A stretch of 64,000 bases of DNA, from assembly GCA_030704615.1 (NCBI GenBank), contig CM060733.1, forward strand, positions 1,922,001 to 1,986,000. The letters run 5' to 3'. The notes below the pieces were generated by a model. That model was not told the origin of the DNA. It made no database searches and saw only the letters and a list, made by a program, of their open reading frames with translations. Position numbers and translations under genes: made by a program. This stretch comes from Takakia lepidozioides (taxonomy: Eukaryota > Plantae > Bryophyta). The stretch's first letter is position 1; each line of letters starts with the position of its first letter. Positions 38,091 to 49,880 of the stretch are shown piece after piece.

Positions 38091-38237
38091 TGGACTTAAT
38101 CTCCATCGGGAGATGTTTGGCTCATATTACACTGATCGCAGTGTGTGTGCCTCATGGTGTAATCGGGGTTTTAATTTTTCCCCCTCTAAATAATTTATAA
38201 TAAAATATATCAGGGATACAACCCCCATGTTTTGTCG

Positions 38238-38269
<32 letters not shown>
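38238..38269 (+). repeat. Poly(A) tract (A32)
   Basis: Homopolymer run ~150 bp downstream of the L1 fragment. Confidence 0.9.
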
Positions 38270-38270
<1 letters not shown>

Positions 38271-38593
38271 ATAGAATAATCCTTGAATGGACGATTAGGG
38301 GATACTGTTTTGAACAGCAAGTGCACTGAGCCAAAGGTGCCCAAAAAGTATGCGTCCTCTTTCACTTTACTGATTAAATAACATAGTAATATGGACCATG
38401 TCATTCAACTAACATAACCATTTACTAACCTTAAAGTAACCTCCCACTCCTAAAGAAAACTGAGCTCAAGGTCCATCTTGACGAAACTCAATCATGGATC
38501 GTTGCTCTAGATGAAACTCAATCGTGATCATTGATCACGAAATGTGATCCCCTCTCCTGCATGTTTGGATTCATTTTTCCTATCTGGACTCAT

Positions 38594-39028
38594 TTATGAC
38601 TTGATACTTCTCTCAAAGTGCGCACCGGTGGTTATTAATTTGAAGTAGCCAAAAAGAAGTACAGAGTATATCCGAACAATGGTTAAAGGGATTTTCAGAA
38701 GGAAAAACCAGAAACAAACAGAAAACAAACAGCCAAGAAAGAAAAATAGAGACGAGAAAAAAGAAAGGAAGAAAAAGAAGCCAGGACAAAATAGATTGTA
38801 TTCATAAGACGTTGTTTGTCGTAGCCTTGTGGCCATTGACCCCGTGCCCAGTTTGAGCAGGAACAAAAGGGACAGAAATTATCTCTGTCAGGGATTGACG
38901 TTGGTAGTAAGACTTACCTTCATATATAGAATTAATCCGGGTTTTCCAGATATCCTCTAGAAATCCCTTCACACAAGCATCAATCTGTTGTGTGTGATTT
39001 GCCCAAAAACTAGGCCTCAGGAGGGCCT
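38594..39028 (-). mobile_element. Short 5'-truncated copy of the CERK-intron LINE with a pyrimidine-rich 3' UTR
   Basis: 38802-39028 is near-identical to 1771-1997. A T-rich tail follows the stop codon on the minus strand; the 3' limit is approximate. Confidence 0.8.
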
Positions 39029-39369
39029 CATGATCATGTATCAGTTAAAAGGGTTCATTGCAGTTCCATTCTGGCCCACCACATGACCTAATCTGGACCA
39101 CTTGTGATCAAAGCAAATTTTAGAGATCGCATATGGTTAGTTTTATGTATTTTTCTAGGGGTCCGTTTTGGGAAGTGGTCCATTTTAGTGACATTAGGCG
39201 CATGAACACCAACAATCAAAGGATGAACTGAGTCGTGAAGATTTGTAACATGAGTGAAAATCTTAGAACTACTTGCCTCATTATGATGATAGGCTTCCAA
39301 TTCTCGGTCAAGATGGTACTGAAAACTCAAAGGACGACCACGTTCATCATATGGCTGTCGTCCAAGATT

Positions 39370-40250
39370 TTGAGCTGTTCAATGCTTAATGGTTATGCTC
39401 TTGTCATAACGAGCAAGCGTTGTGATATTTCTATGGCATGTTACTATTGTCATGATTACCTCTTGTGGTATATGAGTAGTGGCCATTTTCGTAATGGCAA
39501 GAACTCGACCAGATTTATTGGTAAAGTCCTCGGAGACTCTACTACTGCAACCATCTGCTTCAACCAGTTACGCATGATCCCTTCTCCCACAGGAATACTA
39601 CCCTTGAACCAGGCATTCCCCCGTGGATTCTTGATGGCTGATAAGAAGAGATTATGAGCAGTGCGGTTAGCAGGCATGTGATCTGAGAGAATCTTCCAAG
39701 TTCTCAACACACCATCATCGTATGAGAAACCGGAGAACGAAAATGTTCCTCCTAGACTCTAGTGAGGGAGACCTTGTAGTTTTTAGACAATCTTTCATCA
39801 TACCTAAAAGAAAAAGAACCATATCAGTATTGGATAGGGAGAAAACAAAAAGACGTCGCAATCAAAAACACAAGTTCTAAAAAATCACTTGTAACTAACA
39901 GGAAATTCATGAGCACTTACTGCAAGTATGTATTGCCGAGATTGTCAACTCCAACCTACATAAAATCGTTGTACAATAGGTTGTGCAACTTAGGGTTGCC
40001 ATGGATAAAAAAAACCACAAGACAGTAGAGTCCAAATCTTTTTTGGACGGCATCATGAGGATTTACTGGTTGGTGGAATGCATGATTCAAGATCTTCTGT
40101 TTATCATCATATGACAATCGATCAACCTTGTGTCTGCCTTTATTAGCACCAGACGTCTTACTGAGATTCATGGAAGTCATCAAAGCGTGATTAGTACTCA
40201 AAGAAGAATAGGTTCTGGGCAATGAAGAATCTTTCTCCATTCTCTTTTCT
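39370..40250 (-). pseudogene. Crypton-type tyrosine recombinase relic with an intron (39804-39920)
   Basis: FFIHGNPKLH (degenerate LRG..E), YDERLSKNY, NLFLSAIKNP..AWFKGSIPVG..IMRNWLKQM, FTNKSGRVLAITKM, IMTIVTCHRNITTLARY. This is the R..HxxR..H..Y layout of Crypton/DUF3504 recombinases; the intron is GT-AG. Confidence 0.78.
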
Positions 40251-43200
40251 CACCGGATCCGGATATGAGCAATGGTATCTGAATGTTAATAACCTAGAAA
40301 TATGAACTCTGATATGGTATTAAGAAAATAATAGAATAAAAATGGTACTAGTATTCAAATTCAAATTCAATATTGAAATGGTCATCTGAACTATTCAAAT
40401 GGCCATTTGAATAAAGAAAACCACAAGGGAAACCTGCTCATCTCATAGGATACCAACCCCCATACAATTATACACTAAATCAGAATTGCATCCATAGTGT
40501 CTCGCAAATGAAGATCAAAGTGTCATTGTTATAATCAAAACAGCTAGTATATGCCCCTAGCCCTAAATCTCTATTCTACATTATAAAGTACCCCCGCCGA
40601 AGCTGCCAAAAGAGGCGCTCATAAACACATGAAACCTTGCATCCATAATGTCTATATGTGCATATTAACATGATACCCGAATAGACCTGCAGCGACAAGT
40701 GGAGCTCTGATAGGGCCCGGGGAAAGGAGAACCCTAACCGCCGCATGTTAGGGTTTGGGGGGCCGCCAGGGAACTCGAAAACCTTTTGGTAGGGTACTAC
40801 AAATGTTTACGGGAACAAAGAACAGTAGGTTGGGTTAGGAGAGACCCGGGTTGATACCCGGCGAAACCCAGATACCAGACCAACATTGCTTTAAACTAGC
40901 TTCCTTTGTCCTACCTAAGACCAAGTTGCTCGTGTTTATCCTATGAATACAATGTCTTCTCATATTCCCATGAACTTGCATGAGATCTTTTGGGCCTAGT
41001 ATTCCTCGTAGTAAGAAGAGTTAAATGAGGAACTAGATGCTTGCCAAAAAATTGATTGGGAGAGTTCTGATTTTGAACATTGACCCATTGAAGCAGCCTC
41101 AGATCTCACCATCTATTAACCGAATTGCTGGAAACTTCAGTTGCTAGAAATTTGCAATCCTTTGCTTTTAATGGGTTGCAGCCTTCTAGTCAGATAGCAG
41201 TACCTAGGAAGGGGAGTTTGCCCCTTGAAGTAGGGATTGCGGGGCCTATTTCTTCTAGCCCGACTGTGACCACAAGCCTCCAAATTATCCAGTATTGGAG
41301 GTGGAACAACAACCTATGCATAGACAATTTACAACTTCACCATGATATCCAACATTTGCGTCACCTTCAGATTGCAGATGTACAAATTGATATATGTACT
41401 GTGGATTAATTAGATCATGTAGACTTGATTACGTTGATTGCAATTACACCAATTGATTGGCACACTGATGCCTTGATTGATACACTACAGATTGATATGG
41501 GATGTCAATGGAAGGTCCCTTGGAATTTATCAGTGACCAGGGAAGTCACTTCATTAATGAGACCATTGAACTATTGACTAAAGAGTTCATGATTGTGCAT
41601 AGGAAGAGTACAACGTATTACCCACAAGGTAATGGGCAGGCAGAGGCTACCAACAAAATACTATGTACTATCTTGGCTAAGATAGTCAATGCAAACAGAA
41701 CGGATTGGGATACAAAGCTGCTGACAGCTTTGTGGTCATACAGGACTTCATATAAAGTCACCACTAAGTATACACCATTCCAATTAGTTTATGGTATGGA
41801 AGCTTCTTCCAGTGGAATTCTTGTTACCTACCATGAGAATGGAATGGGGAAAGAAAATGGAATTGGAAGATTCAATTAAGATTAGGAAACATGAATTATA
41901 CCATGTGGAAGAAGTACATGCTGATGCAGCTGATAACATGACCAGAATTCAGATGAAGAGGAAAGAACAGTTTGATGAAGGCAAATTAAAGACTTTTAAG
42001 ACGGGAGATTTGGTTCTCTGGTTGCAGAAGAAGGGGAAGATTAAAGCTTCTAAGCTTAAATCACCATGGAAAGGACCTTATGTCATACAGAAGATGTATG
42101 ATAACAACACCGTCATGTTACAAACCATTAACAAAGAGATGCTGGGAAGAGTCAAAGCCAATAAGTTGAAGGGGTACAGTGGTATCCATGACAAACCATT
42201 GCAGCACGATTTGCATGTTGAAACGCAAAAGCAGTCACGGGCTGCGCCAGTGATACCAACGGAGTATGGAGCACTTGTCGCTAAGCCGAGCGTATATGAC
42301 CAAGGCGGGCAGTACAAGCATGACACAGCCTATCACAGCCCATCAGAGCGTGACACAGCCTATCACAACGTACCACAGTATGACACAGCCTGTCACAGCT
42401 CAACACAGCCTACCAGGGTTACACAGTCCATAGGATCAGTGACAGGTGGACGTGGGTTAACATCCGGAGAGTGGCCGGCGGAAAAGTGGACGGAGGCAGG
42501 TTTAGAAATGGACACGTGGACGCCAGGGCGAGACACACAGCCGGGCATGAATGGCAACCATGGGTGTCATCAAGATAGAAGACAAATTCGGCCGTCAAAG
42601 TACCTACCCGGCACATTAGTCCAAACGAATTGTGGGCCCATTAATGCATACAGGGAACGGGTAACGGAACCCTTTACAAGTACCGAAAAGCGAAATCCTT
42701 GTCACATGTGTTATCCTAGTGGACAGTCCAGGGGGGGGAATCCACAGAAGGGAATGAAATCACAAAACCAATCACAGAGCCAACAGCCAATCATGAGCCA
42801 GAATTACCTGCTGAGGGTATTTTCCAAGAAGCGAAATCAAGAATTTAGAGGGATTCTGAGCGCAAGAGTCGGCGTCGTTCCAAGTAACGGGCGTCTCGTC
42901 AGGAGAGACAATCAAAGCTATAGCTTTGAAGCTATGGCGGAACTAACAGACTACACGCTCGCCTTACTACTTACGTAGTGGCACAAGAACAGACGAAAGG
43001 AGAGTACATTTTCTCTAAGTCGATACTTGCAAGCCCCACAGGCTTACAAACACTTACCCATTTCATTCTGCGCCAACCATAATTTTATGCTTTGTGCCCT
43101 GCAGGCGTTTCTTCAGTTGTTGCAACCAAAACCTTTCTGTTTGTCTAGAATGAAGAGATTGAGAGGAATGGAGGATATCAGGGTGAAGAGCACCACAATC

Positions 43201-46200
43201 TTACAGAAGCAAACGATTGCTACACCACAGGCGGTGCAGCTACTGAAGGAGCTGCGATTGGAGGGATTGCTACGCAAGGATTGGTCCTTGCATCATCGGC
43301 AGTTCATGATACAATTTCTTCAGAACTTTGAGCCTCGGACAGGAGTTACTCAGGTGAGGGGAGTAAATATAGAAATTACTCCCCAGTACCTGCAGCAATT
43401 GTTTGATTTGCCATCAGGACATGTGGATGTGGATGAGCACAGGGCAAGATTGCAGATATGGAATCTGTTCCAAGAAGGGAGTTTCTTTAAAACTCAAGGT
43501 TTTGCTTGTACCAAAGCCGAGTACCCAGGGCTTAGGGAAGTTGGCCAAATCTTGAACGTTTGTTTGCCATGAAACAGAACCCAGTATTTGAGCAGGTCCT
43601 TCACAGAGGAGATCCTGAAAGCTTTGAGGGGAGAGTATGTCGCTTGGGCGGAGTTAATGTACAACGGATTGGTGGACGAGATGAAGAGGTTACAGGGCAC
43701 TGCTGCAAAGTCTCCGATCATTGTGTCTGGACCAATCATTGCTCAAATAATTCTTGATTCTTGCATACTTAATACTCGGGAAAGAAAGGAGATGAGAGTG
43801 TTTGAGGCAGAAACCACTGCAATTGAAGACCAAGGCTCTTCACACAGTGAGGGTGGACTGGCAGGGCAACATCAAACTAAGAGACAGAGGGGGGTAAGAC
43901 TGTAGTGGCGGATCCACTGGCTTCACGGAAACCGCACGATAATGTTTCTCAAGCTCTTGTGCAGGATGTGGCACAGCAGCACAAAGAGCTACTATTATTG
44001 GAAGCAGGGCCTTCAGAGAGGGAAGAGGAAGTCACTTCGATGTCATAGCCACCACAACCAATTGACTCTGTTGTTTTAGAGGTTCCACAGTTAGTATATG
44101 CTGTGGCATCACCCCCAATTGCTCTGGAAGGAGAAAGGTTGGACATTCCCACTACAGAGCAGGTCGTGGCCGAAATTGAGAAGGGTGACCTTCTCTATGA
44201 AAATTCTGGCTTGGTAAGGGAAACAGTGATTCCAAAGGTGCAGCGGTTGTCCAGGGGAAACCCTACTGTGCATGTAATACCCACACCTGTGACGGAGGTA
44301 CCAGGGGTAGAATATCAAGACACTGCAGCACCTGTGACGGATGAGGTGGTTCAGGAAGAAAATCTGGTGGGGCAATGGCCTGAATGGTTCGTGAGGCATC
44401 ACACTGTTGAGGATCAGGGAGAACAGCAGCAAGCTCACCATGATGACCCTCAGCAGGCCATGTTTATGAGTTCCATAAGCAGGACACTTAATTTGTTGGG
44501 CACTTATGTGAAATCCCATGTTCCATCTACCCAATTGGCAGCTTTCACTAGAAGCATTCGTGTCATTTACCACTGGGGTAACGACTCATTTTGAGTCGTA
44601 AAAGTCAAAAAACTGGGATCGACTAGAAATTACAACAGACTAGTTACAACAGACGTGGTAGTTAGGTTGGACATCCAATGATTGGAGTGGTAAAGGACGC
44701 AGACGCGCAAACAACTGCTCATCGATTAATGTGATTAATGCTGAAGAACCACGTGGCGTAACCAGGCGGGCCGCCCGTGTGTCTGACCTTTTGGGCTGAC
44801 TTTGACTTTTCCCTCCGGATGTGTGGACCGACTCACCGAAGCGCGGTGACACATAGACGCGGACGTGGACGCGGACGTGGACGACGATGTGGACGCCGAC
44901 GTGGCGGCGCCACAACGAGCAGCACTGCTGCCACGTGGCCACGGGCGCCACGTGGTAGTAGACCACATAACTTGCAGTGCTACATGTCCAAGTGGCAATT
45001 GCGACTGCGGAAGTTGGCGCAACCACTGCTTTACTACTTTACATGAAGTGCTTGAAATTACTTGAACAATCATTCATAGTGATTCATGCTTTGGAGTTTT
45101 GGTGTTTGTAGTGAGTCGACTAGTAATGCCATACAAGAGAACTAATCATGCATTAGAAATGCACAAACGATGAAAGACATGCCATGAAACAAAATGAAAT
45201 GAAAATGAATGAAATGAAACAAAATGGTACTTTATTACATCTGCGGAAAGCTCAAAGAGCTTATGGGACAAAATGAAAAACACAAAGTAAAAAGCAGCCC
45301 AAAAGCTACTGCTGCTCTGGGGATTGCCTAAGGGTCAAGGCCTCGTGCAAGTAAGCTGTCAAGCAGTTCTGATCCTCATAATGCAAGACTTCAGTGAGTT
45401 CCACGGAATAGACCATCTACCCATGGAGGTTTCTTGTAGTTATTGATCCACAGGGAATCATAGATAAATCTTGTGCTTGAAATTTGGCCCTCTAGGATGA
45501 ATCTGGACCACACTCTATCCCTGCTCCTTCAGCTATCCATGCCCCTGCACAAATCATGCATTCATCATGTCAAAATCACTCCAAACTAGATTCACTCAAC
45601 CAGCTAACTTGCAGAATTCAACATGGAAATTATGGGCCGATTCTGATAAGAGGGAAAAAATAGGGTGAAATGTGCTGAAGAAGATGCCTTCATTAACAAT
45701 GTCTGATTTTATCAATTGTGCCGTTGCTGCCAGTTGACCATCTACCCATGCAGGTTTCTTGTAGCTTCATAGTTAATCTGGAGCTTGAAGTCCGGCCCTC
45801 TTGGGTGAATCTGCACCCACACTCTATCCTTGCTCCTTCAACTATCCATGCCTCGCACGAATCATGCATACAACCTTGCCTTGTTGCTAGCAGTTGATGA
45901 TGACAGCCTAGACTAGTTCTAGGAAGCACCCAGCTCAACTTATCACACTAGTTCCTACGCTCAATTTCATCTGCTACTCTCTATAATCCAACAAACATTC
46001 ACCTTCTTGCCTCGATTGTCCCACCATTGACTGGGGTCAAAAAAGTATTCATTCCACAACTTCTCCTCGTCTGTGTTACCTATTTCTGATACTTTCCTGT
46101 TATCACATTGGCAGAATCATGTCAAAGTCACTCCAAACTATCAAAGCTTCAATCAACCAGCTAACTTGCAGAATTCAGACATGAATAATTAGGGGCGATT

Positions 46201-46262
46201 CTGATAACAGGGGACAACAAGGTGAAATTGAAGAAGGTACCTTCATTAGCAGTCATTACACT

Positions 46263-46412
46263 CTATCCTTCGCTCAGCCATATTGTTGAACACTCCATGT
46301 CCACAAGGGTATTGTTCAGAATGACATCTGCCACAATTCCAGCTTTGACGATGCAACCATGGACCTCTTTGCCCTTCCCCAGCAGGCTTGCACATGCACT
46401 ACAAACGCAAAC
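46263..46412 (-). pseudogene. Captured PLS-type PPR gene fragment
   Basis: TSFVCVCSACASLLGKGKEVHGCIVKAGIVADVILNNTLVDM. Confidence 0.75.
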
Positions 46413-49039
46413 AAAACTGGTTGTGGCAAACTGGGAGCAATATGTGTCAGAAGAAACCACTGATACAAATCTACAGCTTACAGGCTGTCTCTATCCTCAA
46501 AATTGGCAGCACATCACCCGCTGCTATGACATATATTGCCCTAGATACACATTGCCCTAACTGCCATCCCCCAAGATGCTACTCCCACCAGACTTATCTC
46601 ATTTGGGTCCTTGCAAGGCTGACTTCCAGCTTTGATTCTGTGCGTGGGGCCTATCGGACAACATACACCAGCAAGCCCTCCCCCTATCCTGCATCAACTC
46701 ATCTCAGTCTTATCAACTGCACAACGTGTGATGGGAGTGAGTGCAACATGGGAAAGAGCCACAAACATGATGAGCTGTAGGGAAGAAGCAACATCGTGCA
46801 AGTAAAGCAAATGATGAAGCAGAAAGACGAGGCAACATGGGAGAAGGGAAAATGGGGTCCAAGGGCTGAGAAGGTCAACTAGTCAACAATGAGGAATTGG
46901 CTCTGGAGCACTATGTTGATGATTAAAGGGAGCAGCAAATACATGTGGGGCATCACAGCAAAGTGCATGCCAACGAGGGTCAAAATGGTGCAAGAAAGAC
47001 TCCACGGATGGTGGGCAGCCAAGGGAGATGCAGTGAGACAAGGCACTCATGGCAAGGGAGCTGCCAAGACAAAACAGTTGATTAAGCTACGGAGAAAAAG
47101 GAAAGCACAAGATCAACTACGAGGAAAAATAGCAATTCAAGCATGGGAGCTGCTACTAAAACATGAGGAGGAAGACATACGAGGTGAAGCATCAAGGGAA
47201 CCAGTAGAAGATGAGGAAGATGGAGCACACTTTCTTGTCAAAGGTTGGCGGTCGAAAAATGCAACCTAGCAATCAGAAAGTGAGGCATCCGAGGCTGGAC
47301 TGCTGCAAAGAGGTACAAAGACAGGAGCTGAGAATGAGATGTTTTCTTTCATTGAAGTTCCCCACACAAGGGCTGTGTGGCAAGCAAAACCCCAGGCAAG
47401 GATGAGAGGTGAATCTGGGATAAAACCAGCAGCTGGGAGTGAGGAAAGACACAATGAAGGGCAGCAATACCTTGTCAAATCTGAGAGTGATGGCTGGAGA
47501 AAATTAAACAAGGACTGGAAGTATGGGAGCAGCAATCGCATGAAGAAAAATCTGCCTGAGAGGCTGAAGAGTGAAAGGGAGGAAGACAGACACCTCGCTT
47601 ATGAAAAGTGGAAGGGCAGGGTAGAAAACCCTGATGCCTGAAATTGATGGGAGCTCGTGGGAGACTCTGCCAAGAAGACTCCAATCAGTTGTTGCCAACA
47701 ATCGGACTAGTGAAAGATCGCCCTTGGCTGGCGCAACACCACAAAATAAATGCAGCCCTGATAGCATGGTGAGTGGGGCACCAACAGAGCCAGAAAATGA
47801 GGGAGAAGGAGGAGACTTCCCTGCCAAGAAAGTCAATGACGGGCCTGCAGTGGCATGCAAGGAAAGGGACACCGTAAGTGTTGCCAACAGATGCAAATCA
47901 GTGCTCATTCATTCAAAGCACCACGGGAGATGAAGGAAAAAAACCTGCAGGGACGTTGAAGCATAAAAGAGGAGAGCACTTCACTTGGGAAGAAAGTGAA
48001 GCATTGGAGAACGAGGCTGATGACTGGCAGTCTGAAAAGGAAAGGCGGTTGTGGGAAACCCTGCCAAGACAACCATATGGAGAGAATCAAGCAGGTGGGA
48101 ACTGCCCTTCATTGGGGTGGTGCAAACAAGAGCAAGACCAGAAGCTGAACCACATGAGAAGATAGTGTGTCATCACAGATGGAGACCCTGGAAAATGCTC
48201 TGCCCAGGAGATGAAGAACATTAGGCAACTAGAAACGTGGGGGGCTGAATATGCTCTGCAGTCAACCTGGCTTGTTGAATGCTTGCATAAGAGATGAGGG
48301 GTTGCTGTCAGTACACGACATTGAGTTCATCAAATCCTACAACAGCCCACCATCGCTGCCCACTACTTACAAACTGCCACAAAAACAGTTTCACATGACT
48401 TACAGATGATTGGTGGAAGGCAAGGTCCCTCGCCATGGGCCAGATTAATTGTATGTTGCAGCCCAGAACAACGACGGGAAGTCATCTAGGGCAACAAACC
48501 CCATCTTGGCAGCGTCTTTTGTGTGAGAGAAGTCAAACTGAACCTGCTCATCATATCGAGTGGGTTGGACCAGATGTAAAGCTGCCAAGCCAACCACACT
48601 CATATTCGCACTCAAGCAACATAAGCTAGAGCCATTTTCAGATTATGAGTACCCGTGTTTTAAGAATACTCCTTCTTCAACTTGCGGTGAACGGGCAGAA
48701 AACTTCACAATGTGCAGCAGATTAATGGACCAAGATGCGGAGCTGAATTGGGTATCCAGTTGGGCAATGCTGGTTTCAAAACCCCGTTCCATCCCTGCGT
48801 TTCGAAGATTTGGCTTGAATGGGCACACTCCGGCAGTGGAAGGCTCACGGAATAATGAGTTTGGGCTGATATGCATGCTGACATGCCATGCCGGTGCAAA
48901 GAACAACGTTCTGAGTGGTGATTGTGATCTCAAAATCTGCCCCTGCATTCAAGCTGATTTCTCTCTCGCCTTGTGGATGTTCCAGCCAGTGTCCAAAAAC
49001 AGCTCAAGTGCAAGACAACAACATCAGCAAGGCATGGTT

Positions 49040-49880
49040 AACTAAGCAAGGTCATGGTGGAGAGGCATTTGAACTCTCTGAACGTAATGTGGTCGGACTT
49101 CACCCCCTCCCACATCAACTGCTCATAGATCTCCAAAACCTACAATCCCCGCCCCTGTTGTGCATGTCCTGCGATCATCACTTTCCACGACACCACATTT
49201 TGCTCAGCCATATTGTTGAACACTCCCTATCTAGAAGGGTATTCATGTTCAGAATGACATCTACCTCAATTCCAGCTTTGACGATGCAACCATGGACCTC
49301 TTTGCCCTTCTCCAACAGGCTCGCACATGCACTACAAACACAAACAAACGTAATGTGCTCGGGCTTCACCCCCTAGACCCACATCATTTGCTCATAGGTC
49401 TCCAAAACCTGCAATCCCCGCCCATGTTGTGCATGTCCTATGATCATCACGTTCCACCACACCACATTTCGCTCAGCCATATTGTTGAACACTCCTTGTC
49501 CACAAGGGAATGCTCCCACGTTTGGCATACATGTCGACGAGGTATTGTTACATCTGGTACAGTTCCAGCTTTGACGATGTCACGATGGACCTCTTTGCCC
49601 TTTACCAAGTCTCCAGGGCTGCCAAGTTTGCACATGCATTGCAAACACAAATGAACGTGACCCGGTTAGGCTGCACCCCTTCTCGCAACATTTGCTCATG
49701 TCTCCAATGCCCTCATCCTGCACACATGCTGGCCATATCTTGCAAGATTCAGCGTGTTCCTTGAGACAACATCTCGTTCAGCCATGTTATCAAACTCTCC
49801 CTTCGCAACTTCATAGGTCTCCAAAGCCTCCATCCCACGTCCCTGCACCCTGCAAGCATCGCACTCCACGACACTACATC
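49040..49880 (-). pseudogene. Captured, tandemly duplicated PLS-type PPR fragments
   Basis: KPEHITFVCVCSACASLLEKGKEVHGCIVKAG, GKEVHRDIVKAG, EFDNMAERDVVSRN, RDVVSWSAMLAG. A short plus-strand PPR piece (KQGHGGEAFEL) lies at ~49044-49078. Confidence 0.8.

Noticed and set aside
40730-40756. Hairpin aaccctaac/gttagggtt with telomere-like motifs
   Set aside because: A single short stem with no tandem telomeric array or other support.
46780-48300. Cluster of purine-rich plus-strand ORFs inside the first CACTA
   Set aside because: Low-complexity composition, many stops and no recognisable domain.
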